This document shows, one piece after another, positions 1-15,411 of a DNA stretch of 64,000 bases. A program made the translations under genes and the position numbers. This stretch comes from the human T2T-CHM13v2.0 reference genome, Homo sapiens. Numbering within the stretch: the stretch's first letter is position 1; each line of letters begins with the position of its first letter. The notes beneath the pieces are model-generated. The model worked only from the letters and a program-made list of their open reading frames with translations, was not told the origin of the DNA and did no database searches. The stretch lies in the NCBI RefSeq assembly GCF_009914755.1, contig NC_060937.1; one strand, given 5' to 3'.

Positions 1-411
1 AACCATTAAAACTGATAAAGTTGATGCTGGAGAATATGGCTTATATCCAAACACTAATTCCCAAACATCCATACTGGCCCTCTACTCTATACATACCCTT
101 GGGTACAGGGGGACCAACAGTTTCCTCCCTTCCCACCCACCTTCAGTGGCCTGCTCATGTGTAATTTATGGCACATATAGAGAGCTGGCAGCACATGCTC
201 TCTGGGGGCTGGTTAGATCCCTGGAAGGAGCTGGACAACATATGCCAGCTTTTCCTTCCACACACGTCACTAATTTTGAGTGAGGGGACAGAGAGAAGCC
301 AGGAGTGTAATAGTCATTTATCCCCTCCCACATGGAAACAAACATTAGAAATGGAGGAAAAGCATTCCCCTTACTAACAATTTCATTTGTCTTTGTTTCC
401 CACAATTTTAG

Positions 412-594
412 AGACTGTTATTAAATTTGGAGAAACCAAATTTAGTGTCACTGAACCCAAAGAACCTGGAGAGTCGGTGGTTATAAGAATTCCAGTGATT
501 CGCCAAGGAGACACTTCAAAGGTTTCCATTGTGAGAGTCCACACCAAGGATGGCTCGGCCACCTCTGGAGAAGACTACCACCCTGTGTCAGAAG
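412..594 (+). CDS. FREM2: FREM2 coding exon (probably exon 11), Calx-beta domain part
   Basis: ttttag| acceptor, |gtatgg donor, 183 nt, phase 1-1. Encodes [16 protein letters not shown]...[19 protein letters not shown], with the Calx-beta signature [10 protein letters not shown]. Confidence 0.95.
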
Positions 595-708
595 GTATGG
601 GGCTCCCAGGGCCTGTCTCCTGATGGATCATGCCAACTCTGTGTTTCAGTGCCAGTGCCCTTAAGGAAAAGAAGGGAAACATCCAATTGAAATCAAAATA
701 GGGCACTC

Positions 709-995
709 TTTTTTAGGGGGTATAATTTTAAGGGGTACAAGTGCAATTTTGTTACATGGTTATATTATGTAGTAGTGAAGTCTAGTCTTTTAGTATCTCC
801 ATCCCCAGAATAATGTACATTGTACCCATTAAATAATTTCTCAATACCCACCTCCTGCCACTCCCCCACCCTCCCAAGCCTTCAGTGTTTATCATTCCAC
901 ACTCTATGTCCACGTGTACACATTATTTAGCTACCACTTATAAGTGAGAACAAGCAGTATTTGACTTTCTGTTTCTGAGCTGTTTCAATTAAAAT
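709..995 (-). mobile_element. L1 3' end fragment (L1PB/L1MA-type)
   Basis: Typical antisense L1 3' UTR text: gggtacaagtgcaattttgttacatgg ... ccacttataagtgagaac. Confidence 0.75.
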
Positions 996-1430
996 ATAGA
1001 CATACTCTTTTAAATTCCTCTCGTTTAGTAAAACAAACACAATGGGATTTATTTCCAAGATTTTTTTCTTTTTGACTTACAGGGTATATGTGTTAGGACT
1101 TAGGGAAATTTTGAGTAAATGTGCTAAATAACCTTCTGTTTGAATTGGCTTTCTATTAGTTTTACCTTCATTGTAGTTACCAGATTAAATAATAATTTCC
1201 TATATTTTTCTATGTAATTGCAATATGCATGATAACTGTGATAATAATCTATTTTAGTTTAGAGAACACCAGCAATCTAAATCTAAACCAAAAAATTTTG
1301 TGTTAACAAAGGACAGTAAAAGTATAGTGAAATATTAACCACAGAGACAATGAATTCTCTAGGATTTAGGAGCCACTTAGAGATGTCTTTCATCCCTCTC
1401 CTTTTGCAAATGTTGGGCCATGTCACCATC

Positions 1431-1731
1431 TTTTTTTTTTTTTTTTTTGAGACAGAGTCTCACGCTGTTGGCCAGGCTAGCATGCAGTGGCGTAATCACA
1501 GCTCACTGCAGTCTCCGTGTCTTAGGTTCAAGCGATCCTCCCACCTCAGCCTCCCAAGAAGCTAGGACTACAGGCATGCACCACCATGCCCAGCTAATTT
1601 TTTGTATTTTTGGTAGAGATGGGGTTTTACCATGTTGGCCAGGCTGGCCTCAAACTCCTAGTCTCAAGTGATCTGCCCACCTTGTCCTCCCAAAGTGCTT
1701 GGATTAAAGGCATGAACCACCAAACTCAGCC
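1431..1731 (-). mobile_element. Alu (AluJ-like)
   Basis: T18 tail, gagacagagtctc..., both arms present. Confidence 0.92.
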
Positions 1732-1771
1732 TGCCATTTACTTTTATCAGTAATTAAAACAAGTCAGTTCT

Positions 1772-2062
1772 GGCCGGGTGCGTTGGCTCACACCTGTAAT
1801 CCCAGCACTTTGGGAGGCCAAGGCGGGTGGATCACCTGAGGTCAGGAGTTCAAGACCAGCCTGACCAACATGGCAAAACCCCGTCTCTACTAAAAATATA
1901 AAAATTAGCCAGGCGTGGTGGCACACGCCTGTAATCCCAGCTACTTGGGAGCCTGAGGCAGGAGAATGGCTTGAACCCGGAAAGCAGAGGCCGAGATCCG
2001 CCATTACACTCCAGCCTGAGAGACAAGCGCAAAACTCCGTCTGAAAAAAAAAAAAAAAAAAA
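1772..2062 (+). mobile_element. Alu (AluS)
   Basis: ggccgggtg start, A-tail, TSD aaaacaa(g/a)tcagttct, small deletion in the right arm. Confidence 0.93.
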
Positions 2063-4293
2063 CAAATCAGTTCTTCTCTCTCACTTGCTCTCTCTCTGAA
2101 TTATTTGCTTACAAAATAAAAGTAACTTTATGTCCAATATTACATTTATGAATTATTTGGAGTCTAATTATTCACTGTGTTTTCTCCTTTCCTACCTCTC
2201 ACTATCAAGAGTCATTAGTTCTTGATGATCTTAGCACGTCAGGCATTCATCTTTATCTAATTTACAAACAAAGCTGAGAAAACAACTGATAGGTATCACT
2301 GAATCAGTAATAAAGTTAGTGAGGCAACATAAAAAATGGCGTCTTCTACAAAGGAGCTTGTATATTCTTTCCATATAATGGTTATAATTTGATGAACTAC
2401 TCTAGAGCTTCAAAGTTATCCCCAGATTATTCTCTATGTAAAACAAAATATATATTTGAAATAAATCACATGTAATCCCAGAGAAGGGAAAACAAAACTG
2501 ATTAGCTACTGAATTATAAAATATTAAATGTCTTTCTATAATGAGCAGATTTTACATGAAAGAAGTGTCTTTTAAATATTGATAACATGACTTTTAACAA
2601 AAAATGTTTTTCTTGGAAGTAAAATGATTCCTTTTGCTAAACGGAAACAAAATTATAGCTATGTAGTAAACTGAAAAATAAAGTCAGAAAAAAGTTAAAA
2701 CATTAAATAAACCTGTTGGTCTCTTTTATCCAATAAATGTCAACATGTGTTTTATAATGTTTATATTAAAAATTTAAGGAATAGTTTTCTGAAACATTTT
2801 CTAATTTCTCCTTTTCAGGTTCAAACTGAAGTGAGTTCTTTACAAAAAAAAAAACCAGAAAAAATTAAATATAGAAAAAAAGTTGAAATTTTTTCATGCT
2901 AAAATAGTCTAAAGTGACAGAAAAAGATAAATGTGAATGAGAAAACTTGACCACCGTCCAGCAAGTATACTATCAGAAAACAATAACAAATATTTAAAAT
3001 AAATATTTAATTTTTTAAATTCTAAGAAATTTGGTTTGTATAACTCAAGGCATCACAAAACCTTGAATGCTTACATGTCTAAGATAAGCAATGAAAACGA
3101 GTAAACCAAGGAAAATATGATAGAAAATGGAGTGATTATAGTGTCATTAAGCCAGCAAGCCCATTCCTTGCCAAGAAAAGGCTGTATTATCACAGCCTAG
3201 TGTTCGTAGTCTTCTGCCATGCAGGAAGGTGCCAAAAAACTCAAAAATCTCTATTTTCTTATGAAATTCCCAGATATTTAAGTGTTAGAAACCCAGTTTT
3301 TAATGTCACATCATACAGGTCAAATCAAACAAATGATTAGCTATTTTCTTCTCTGGAACAAGAACTGTAAGTTCTCTCAGGGTATAAGAAATCTGAGACT
3401 GATGGGCTCATTATGATATGTGAAGGCTGATAGGAATAGTTGCTGTATCTAGAGACAGAGAACTAATTTTAAAAAGAAAAAGAAAAAAATCTTTAAAGAT
3501 AAAGAGAAGAAAATTGCTCCTCGTACCTGATAATTTAAAAATTGAAGCAGAAAAAGGAAAATGCACTGGCAATTCATTTTCTTCTTCCAGACTCTAAAGG
3601 ATTTGTAATTTAGAATTATAATAATTGAACTGCAGCTACATCAGAAACTGGCATCTGTTGACTCTTCTAATTGGGATAATTATGCTTTATAGGCTTTATA
3701 TTTTCTCCTTTGAAACGGTATCTTAAAAGGTATAGTAAAACCAACAAAATAGTTTATCCATGGTTTACAGTATGATCAGCTGCTTAATTACGATTTCAAT
3801 AAAATCTGATAATTGTCATGTTTTTTAGCAATTTTGAAATGAGTGGTTAAGAAAATAATTCTGATTTTTTTTTAGGATTCTAGATTTAACTTTCATGACA
3901 AAGAAGCAATTCTTTTTTAGTGAGAAAGGACAGGGTGAAGGGAAAAAAATCATTAGCATTTATCTAAAATAACTTGTCTAAGTTTCCCTGAAAAACACAA
4001 AGAAGTCTTCTTGAAATATAATTTGGTATTTTATAAAAAAGTCAACAATTATTTATCCAGCTCTTCTACATATGTACATAATGTAAATCCCATTCACACT
4101 CTATTATACTTATGATCATATTCATTTTCTTGAGTCCTATTGGTTTAGAAATTCTGGAGAATAAGAGGTTAATTTTTCTGATTCTATCCCAATATTAGAA
4201 CTACTGATTGTCCCTCCCATAATTCAGCATCTTTTCAAACTGTGGGCCAACGAACCAATGTCTTATTATTAAAATTTTCCTTCAGATAAAATC

Positions 4294-4627
4294 GGCATTC
4301 CTAGCAACCTGGATGGAACTGGAGACCATTATTCTAAGTGAAGTAACTCAGGAATGGAAAACCAAACATTGTATATTCTCACTCCTAAGTGGGAGCTAAG
4401 CTATGAGGATGCAAAGGCATAACAATGATACAATGAACTTTTGGGACTCCAGGGAAAGGGTGGGAGGGAGGTGAGGGGTGTAAGACTACAAATTGGGTAC
4501 AGTGTATACTGCTTGGGTGATGGGTGAAACAAAATCTCAGAAATCACCACTCAAGAACTTATTCATGCAACCAAACACCTCCTGTTCCCCTAAAACTCTA
4601 TGGAAATAAAAAAATTAAAAAAATAAA
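4294..4627 (+). mobile_element. L1PB-type 3' end
   Basis: gcaacctggatggaactggagaccattattctaagtgaagtaactcagg..., G-rich tract, A-rich tail. Confidence 0.85.
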
Positions 4628-4848
4628 GTCTTGGGAAAAAAGAAAATATTAAAGTAAAATGCATAGAATAAGAATTAGTGATGTTTGTTAAACATTTGAT
4701 TTCATTTTACACACACACCCAAATATACTGGACCACAGTGTAAAATGTATTTCTCATTGTAGGCCACAGTAAAAAAAAAAAAAAAAAAAATAGAAAACTT
4801 CTCATATTCATATGCAAATGATTTAAATCTGTGATGTTACATTTGTAG

Positions 4849-4979
4849 AAATTGAGTTTAAGGAAGGGGAAACCCAGCACGTGGTTGAAATCGAAGTTAT
4901 CTTTGACGGGGTGAGAGAGATGAGAGAGGCCTTCACTGTTCACCTAAAACCTGATGAAAATATGATAGCAGAGATGCAG
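4849..4979 (+). CDS. FREM2: FREM2 coding exon (12), end of last Calx-beta domain
   Basis: ttgtag| ... |gtaagt, 131 nt, phase 1-0. [44 protein letters not shown]. Not in the ORF track. Confidence 0.95.
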
Positions 4980-6597
4980 GTAAGTAATGTAATGTGTATG
5001 TAAATTCATGGCTAGCAGTTTGTCAGAGAAAATGCATAAAAGCAATCACATAGTGTACAACAAAATGAGGAGACTTTGAACAAGCCTTACGTGAAAGAGA
5101 TATGCATAATCTCTTTTTACCACCTAAATGTGTTTTGTTCTGATTAGATCATAGTCAAGAAATGCGCATCTTTTTCTTTGAAAAATCATGTTTGTCGAAA
5201 CTCAAGGACTGAAGCCACTGAGCCCCAAACCTGTGCACTTCCCTTCCCCATGTCAGTCAGTAATGATTCATTGACCTTGGGATTAACCATCAGAGAGAAA
5301 GCAACATCTCAGAGTAAAGAGGGAACTATTAATTCAGTGCCACAACTCATAAAACATATTCGAACCCACAAAGCAGTTAGCTAACCCTCCAAATCAAAGT
5401 CTGTTTCTCCTGGCTTTATCAGAATTTGATGTCCACAGCCTCGTGATCAAAATGTTGCAGTCCTAAATCTTGTTTTCTATACTTACTTAATTTATATTGT
5501 CTCACTAACCAGGTTTTCCTCAAAATGAACATAATTCCACAGAATGTTGACCTTTATATTGGAAATAATTTTTAAAACTACGTGTCTTTTTGGAATGTAT
5601 TAATTTTTTATGTCTTTGCTTACATTTACTGTATTACTTTTTTTTATTTGTTTCACTTTAGTATGAGTTCAAGCTGGGAAACGTTTTTCCTTAAATATTT
5701 TTATCATTTTGTAATCTTTACTGCTTGATGGTTTTTCTACTACAGTGCCTTGCTTTTTATCAAGTTATTTAAAACTCAAGTATGGGCAATCTTTATCAAA
5801 TATAGTTTTGTGTCTTCATCACATAAGATGAATCTTTTATTATTATTTTTATGGAGTAGCGTATGAAATTCTTTTGGGTGAAAAGGATAGTCACTCGAAT
5901 TACTTCCAGCGATGAAAGCTTCTTTTAAAAATATACACGTAAAGATAGTTCAGGAAACTATGCTATGTAGTCAGATGTTGGAAGGTTATTAGGGAGCCAG
6001 GGCAAACTCACAGCAAGGTGTTCTTGTCACCTTGCCCAGCAGCAGGTGTTCATAGATTCCTCTTCTGTCTGGAACTCAAATTCTCCCCTGCCTGGGTTTC
6101 AGGCAGTGCCTTCTGCCCTTGGCTGCTTCAAAGAGTTTCTTATTACTGGCATCTGCTTCATCCAGGCTCACACTATCCCATGACCTCTGTGATATTCCTT
6201 CCTTCAGAATGTCCTCCAGCTTTACTCCCACTGTCAAAGAATTGACTCCTTCATAAAATTTCCCTTCACAACCCCAAGACACATTTAGCTACTGTCATCA
6301 CAACTGGAGAAAAAAAAATAAATTAGAGCCCAAACACCTCATGGGCCGCTGGCCAACCTTTGGATTGACTGCCCTGGGCTCAGCTGCCCTCCCTGGAACC
6401 ATAAGATGTGAACAAGGTGCCAAGGTCATGTGCTGCAGGCCACTTAGGGCCTGTTGCTCTCCAGGGGCTCTGAGTATGACAATTTGCATCATAACGAGGC
6501 CATGGGGTTGCCAGGGATCGTGAGTATTGTTCTGTGTGGTAGAAGCATCAAAAGTTTAATATTTCACTAATCAGTGATAATTGTCTTTTCCTTCTAG

Positions 6598-6756
6598 TTG
6601 ACGAAAGCCATTGTGTACATAGAAGAAATGAGCAGCATGGCAGATGTCACTTTTCCTTCTGTCCCTCAAATTGTATCCCTGTTGATGTATGACGACACTT
6701 CCAAAGCTAAGGAGAGTGCTGAACCCATGTCTGGCTATCCTGTCATCTGTATCACA
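6598..6756 (+). CDS. FREM2: FREM2 coding exon (13)
   Basis: cttctag| ... |gtgagt, 159 nt, phase 0-0. [24 protein letters not shown]...GYPVICIT. Confidence 0.95.
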
Positions 6757-8009
6757 GTGAGTAGGAGATTCACAAAATTGAGGAAAATTGTAAGATAATT
6801 ATTTCAAATAATTATAATCAATATAGCATTGGCTTTGTTATGAAGAAATGAAAGTAGAAAAATACTACATGGTTTAAGCCTTGAGCTTTGCATATATAAC
6901 ACTAATCAAATAAAGCTCCCATTTTTCTTTCTTCACCGAACAAAGGTTCATTAACTGATGTGTACATAGTGTGTTATCTCAGTCTGTCACCAATAGAAAA
7001 ATAAATAAGATATGAAGTCTGCATTCAAGATATTTAGAGATGAAGAAAAGAATATAGGAATTGGTAACTCTAATATAAGGCAAGATATAACCACTATCAT
7101 GAAAATGATACAAATTAGAAGTCAGAGCTGCAGCTCCATATATGAGGGGAGGTTTGGGATGGTCAGGTGGAATTTTGACTCTTTAGGATGCAAGTCTGAT
7201 AAGGGAAGGTCATTCTAGGAAGAAGGGACTGCAACGTGAGCTACAGCTAGAAAAAAATAGCATAAGAAATAGCAAATTATCACTACTTTCAAAATTTGCC
7301 TTTTCTTGACTCTAAGTTTAAGCTCCTTGTGAGCTAAAATTATGACTTACTTATGTTTATATTACAACAGCACTTCTAAAATCACTTATACAATACATGT
7401 TTATTGAGTCAACAAGGCAGAGATAATTTGGCGTCAAAGTATAGGGAGTTTTAAATGTCATATTAAGAAATTTGGACTTCATTTGTTGGGTAGCGAAGAG
7501 TTCTCACATGGAAGAATGATCAGAGGGGTTAAACTGGCAGGTTAACAGGGCAGTCGTGTGTCAGTGGACTGGAAGAAAAGATGCTGAATTAGACAGAGAA
7601 GTGCTGCTGGAAATGGAAAGGAAGGCATCAACTTAAGCAATACTGTTAAAGAAGAATCAGCCGAGTTCATGACTTACTGGATAAGGGGGGTAAGATGAGC
7701 GACAGGAAGGGGGGGAGGAAAAAAGAGAGAATAAGGATAACTGGCAAATCTGATGATTCAAGAGATTATGGTATAAATAACAATTTTACACATATTAAGT
7801 TAGAAATAGAAACATCCAATAAGCTGTTTGAAATGCAAGATTATGTTTATAAATGTTATCATGCCTGGGGATCAAAATTCGGAAGCTGTATAAACAGCAT
7901 GTGGAAATTGGGGAAAGCAGCAGTGAAAACTCGATGGCAGAGAACGGGAGAAGAATGCGTTCCACCTGTTCTACACTCTGTTCCTAACACAGTCATTTGT
8001 TTTCCGTAG

Positions 8010-8313
8010 GCTTGCAACCCCAAATATTCAGACTACGATAAAACAGGCTCTATCTGTGCAAGTGAGAACATCAATGACACTTTGACGCGGTACCGGTGGC
8101 TGATTAGTGCACCTGCGGGCCCTGACGGTGTGACCAGCCCTATGAGAGAAGTGGACTTCGACACCTTTTTTACGTCATCCAAGATGGTCACGCTGGACTC
8201 CATATACTTTCAGCCTGGCTCCCGGGTACAGTGCGCAGCTCGTGCTGTGAACACCAATGGGGATGAAGGCCTGGAGCTCATGAGCCCTATTGTAACCATC
8301 AGCAGAGAAGAAG
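8010..8313 (+). CDS. FREM2: FREM2 coding exon (14)
   Basis: tccgtag| ... |gtcagt, 304 nt, phase 0-1. [19 protein letters not shown]...[10 protein letters not shown]. Confidence 0.95.
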
Positions 8314-10154
8314 GTCAGTCATTGCCATTTTCCCCTGAAGATCACTGGAATACTGTGCAATATTACAAATGTCTACTTTCTGGTTATTAATACTTCCAAT
8401 GTCCCACATATTCCATATATTTTGTAAGTAGTGAAAAATTAAAATCTATTTTTACAAAATTATGTATTAGAAAACAAAATATTTATTCATTCTACCTTTA
8501 AGTATCTATTATATGCCAGACACAATGCTTTGTGCTGGCAATAAAATAAAGAAGACAGGATCCCTGCTTTTGAGGAATTCTTGGTCCAGTTGAAGATGCA
8601 GACACATTTTAGTCTAGACAGGGCACAGGAATGCACAGGTAGAAGTGATTAGTTTTACCCTGAGTGGGTCAGGAAAGGCTTATCAAAGAGGGGAGGCTCA
8701 AGCTGAATCTGAAAAGAGTAGAGGAAAACAAGCATGAGCAACAACTCATAAAAGCAAGAAAGAATGCGGGATATTGTGGGAATGGCAAGCAGAGAAATGG
8801 GGAAGCTTCTGAGAGGGAGAGGAGGAAAAACCAGGAGACAAGGCAAAATGGTATGCAAGGCTCAGATCTGAACAGAGCTCATGCCATGCAAGGAAACCAG
8901 CTGGTTGTTGGGTGAGTAGGATTTTGCTGGGGACGGGAGGGGAAGGGCAGTCCAGATAGAGGGGTACGTGCAAATTAACACCTTGGTATTACAAGAGAGA
9001 CTGTATTTAAGGCTGGAGCAAAGACACATTGGGGATGGAGAATAGGATGTGGCTGGGGACAACATTGGAAAGACAGGAAATCCACTGTATAAATAAATCC
9101 TTCACTCTGCAGAATAATTTTTAATGAGATTTTTCTTAAAAACGGTTGTATATATTTGATTCTATTTCTAAATCATCTATTTGCACACCGCATTCAAAAG
9201 TAAATTTACTGCATAGAGGTCATATGTCCCACCTGTGACTACTATATATTCAGGATCAAATATTTAAATAATGCCTTAAAATGATTCTCTCTTTTAATAA
9301 ATCAGACAGCCTCTATGCTGGGGCCTGACTCTGATTTCCTTGCTATTCTAATACATATTTGTCTATTTTCTCTGTTTTATACAAATAGATAAGTAATTGT
9401 ATCTTTCCAAGTTCTCCTGAAATTATAATTCAGCGTCTTGGTTCCTTTCATGATGTTCAAATAGAAACCCCACTATTTTCCTAAAGGAAATACTGGAGAA
9501 AGAGTTTCATGTCCAAATTCTTGAAGGTCACTGGGAGATATGAGACAGAAAGAGATGAATATAAAATGGATTATAATGTATAATACACATACTGTAAAAA
9601 ATTACATCTATAGAGAAAACTCTACTGTACATATTTTGCTCTCTGATTTTTAAGGAGACTTTAGTTTTTGTTCCTAAAATGAGCACAGTTTTAGTTTTAT
9701 TCACTTATAAGTAATGTAAACATAACTAATGATAAGTATATTATTCTAGAGTAAAAATAACATTTACTTGGTTTAACTACACTTACTTTTATCCTACTGA
9801 CTTTCAGTCATTTTTACTGTATCTGTTCATACTTTATATTTAAATGATTTTGTGAATATGACCATGACCTAGAATAACCAGCACACATTAAGTTACATTG
9901 AATGGTAACAAATTTTTTCTCAAAGTTTGAACAATCCATAAATTGTCAAGTGGCCACTAACTGTCTGCTGTGATTACTTCTCACCCTGTGGACTTCTAAT
10001 TCCTTATCACGTGATGTACACTCTTAGCCATGCCCTACTCCACAGAGAAGTTGAAAGTACACAGAAAAATAATAGCTCCTATTTTCTAAAACATTCTTTA
10101 GGTATTATTGATTACCTTCTTTTCGCATAAATATGGTCGTTTTTTTTTTTCAAG

Positions 10155-10286
10155 GTCTTTGTCAGCCCCGTGTACCTGGGGTTGTTGGAGCAGAGCCGTT
10201 CTCAGCTAAATTGCGCTACACAGGCCCTGAGGATGCAGACTACACAAACCTTATCAAGCTCACTGTCACAATGCCACACATAGATG
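10155..10286 (+). CDS. FREM2: FREM2 coding exon (15)
   Basis: poly-T caag| ... |gtaggt, 132 nt, phase 1-1. [44 protein letters not shown]. Confidence 0.95.
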
Positions 10287-11421
10287 GTAGGTGACTTGGG
10301 TAAGCAAATCCATGGAATTGTTTTGGACTCCTCATTACCTGTTGTATTTTCCTTCATCTTCTAAATAACCAAGCTTAAATAAACGTTCAATTTGCAACTT
10401 GAGCTTCAAGTCCTTCCACTTCTTTCAACTGTTTTAGCTTTGTTCTACCCTGTTTTTATAACTATGGCAATGTAAGCATTCGTTAAAATTAGGTAGATGT
10501 AATACATATCCAGACACGATAAAACAAAACTTTGGTACCTAGTCTAGCTTTTATGAAAGAGTACAAATGCATCTTCAATCGTAAACTTGAAGTTACAGTA
10601 AAGTATTTGATATCTTAGTACCTACCTTCAACATGTGTTGCAGTTTTATAGCTGGAGTTTTATGTCTCTCTCAATATTTATCATGTAACTGTAAGACATT
10701 TCCAAGATATTTAAATAAAATAAAAAATGAAACTAACAGGTATTAAATATTGTGTCTATTTTCTCTGGCTAGGTAGCCATGACCAGAATGTGTGCATCAA
10801 TAACTTTATCATACTTTATGAATATTTTACCATGTGCGGAAGGCATTTTCAAGTTATTTTCCACTCAAATCACTTTATACTTATAGCAAATTGTTAATAA
10901 AATTACTTGATATGTTAGTTATATTTTATGTAGCTAAGGGAGAGGAAATACGATTAGGAGCTGCAACGTAGAATCTACCTCCCCCAGAACAAGAACATCT
11001 GCTATGTCTTCCTATTACAACCTGAGATTTTTCTGGGGATTGGAAGGGCAGGTGGTCAGGAATCTGCATTCCTTCCTTTATAGCATAATGTTGGTCCCTG
11101 AACCACCCAGTCTGTAGGTCCATGTGGAGGTGTGACTTGAGCTGCAAAGGGCTGAGAAGGGACCCATCAGGGAAACACAGACCTATAAGAGTTATTTCCT
11201 AAAAGAAAGAGTGGTCTCTTCTGCCACTCCTAGGGCTTGGCTTTGCGTTTTCTGAATGCACTGTTCAATGTTCAATAGCCACAGTTCTGCCAGAAGTGTA
11301 GTTGAGGCTGACCACTTCTTCTGTGGGGCCGGAGTTTTGCTCTGAGTGAATCTGAGAGGAAGAGGTGTGAAAGGCTCAAAGAGAAGAACTGGTTCATAGT
11401 CTTTTGCTGTATTGCTTATGC

Positions 11422-12853
<1,432 letters not shown>

Positions 12854-12999
12854 TGGACACCACTTTGATCTGTATGCCATACACCACTGCTGTATGGCAT
12901 TTTATGACACTTGTTTTCTTAAGAGATAAAGAAGTTTTAAAGTGTTCAAAATTCTTGGCTACTTGAAAGACTGTTAACAATGATTTCGATTTATCATAG

Positions 13000-13331
13000 G
13001 CATGCTCCCCGTGATCTCCACTAGAGAGCTTTCCAACTTTGAGCTCACCCTCAGCCCTGATGGCACAAGAGTTGGAAACCACAAGTGCTCCAACCTCCTG
13101 GATTATACTGAAGTGAAGACTCATTATGGTTTCTTGACTGATGCTACCAAAAATCCAGAAATAATTGGAGAGACATATCCTTACCAGTACAGCTTGTCCA
13201 TCAGAGGTTCCACTACCTTGCGCTTCTACCGGAACCTGAACCTAGAGGCCTGTTTATGGGAGTTCGTTAGCTACTATGACATGTCAGAACTCCTTGCTGA
13301 CTGTGGTGGCACCATTGGAACAGATGGACAG
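13000..13331 (+). CDS. FREM2: FREM2 coding exon (16)
   Basis: tcatag| ... cag|gtacag, 332 nt, phase 1-0. [19 protein letters not shown]...[10 protein letters not shown]. Confidence 0.95.
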
Positions 13332-14937
13332 GTACAGATTTATAACATCTGAGTTTGGTCACTGGATAAACCAATTGGTTTGTTTTGTCACATAGATTTG
13401 TACTAAGTCCCAACTCCAGTTTTCCATCTTGGTGTTGTAGGTAATTATTGACAGCAAGGGACCAGACAACTGGCATGGATGGTGTGAAAATCCGTGTCTA
13501 TTTCTTAACAATGGGCCAGAATATACGTAGTTTTTGACAATGGGCTAGAAACATTATATCTATGTGAAAAGGATGCTGTATAATTATTGCCTTAAGCTCA
13601 AAATCTACTCTGATATTATAAAAATCCAAATACTGACTTCTCTTCAAAGTATACACTATGTTGTTTTTGTGTTTATGTGTAGATGCCTGTGATGTTGTAT
13701 CATGAGCCACCTAAAGTGAGGTTTTACAATCCTGGGAGTCAGCCTAATTTTTCTCCCTCTTTTCTGACTTTCTTCTTCCCCTACATTTTACAAAACTTTC
13801 TCTGCTTTTAGCCTCCTGTTTTACTCTCCTTCCTTTTCTTTCTGTTTTTCTCCTCTTCTTCGCTTTTTGATTCATTTATCTATCATTAACATAGTCAGAA
13901 GTGTTTTTATTAAAACTTATTGTTATTTGCACTCTACAGTTACTGATTCTTCTTCATACTACACATTCACACATAAAATACACATACACACACACAATCC
14001 TCACCCCCACCCCATCATCAGCAACAAAGTTGTTAAAATGATAAGGAAGCAAGATCTTCTTGTGGGTTACAATAGAGAACCTAAAATATGTAGGGCATGA
14101 TTTAAAATTGTTATGAGTATTTGAACTAAAAGCAATGCTATAATCTTACCTGGACTAAATAAGGAGTTACATAAGTAGGTTTATGCATTGAAGTGTTGAA
14201 TGATATATAGACTATATAATGCCCTTCCAGATTGAGCTAAAGTTAGGCTGCCCTTTTTTGTGCTATATTCATAAGGTGTTGAATGAAATATGTAACAACC
14301 AGTAGCAAGAAAAAACTGGATAACTAGTATGAGATAATCCCACAGTAAAGCTGTGGACTTTGACAAGTTCTGCTGGTGTTGATGTTGAATTGGACTCAGA
14401 GGTGGTGAGACATGACCATAGCCACCTTGTCAAAAAGCAGCAACATTTAGTAACTTACAGGGATTGCTAAAAATGCCAATAGAAATAGCAATAGAGAAGC
14501 AGTATAAGATGGTGGAATCTGGATATTGGAATCAAGCAAATGCTGACCAAAATTTGGCTCTGATAGTTTCTAGCTGTATGTCTTTGAGCAAGTTACTTAA
14601 ACACGTATAAGTGTTCATCCTGTAGATTCCTCTTTCCTAACCTGTTTTTGCCACCTGAAAGAAACATGGAAAAATAAAGATTCAATCCCTAGAAGAAAAA
14701 TAAAGGCTCATATTAACAAATCTACCTCTTTTTCTTTATAGATCAGGTATCTCTACTTCCTTCATGTCTTCCTTACAAAGCTGCCTTCAATCCATTACTA
14801 AATTATTTCTATTTCCTTTCTGGTTGCTTTTCTCTCAGATTGTTGCTTACATCACAGCATCTATTGGTATAAACAAAATTGGATATAGAAATAGGATTAC
14901 GTTGTAGTTCTCATTCCTTGTTAAAATCATTTCATAC

Positions 14938-15411
<474 letters not shown>

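Noticed and set aside
1350-2065. ORFs with FFFLRQSL / [14 protein letters not shown] text (also ~11514-12806, 52627, 57640, 61772)
   Set aside because: These are translations of Alu sequence, not genes.
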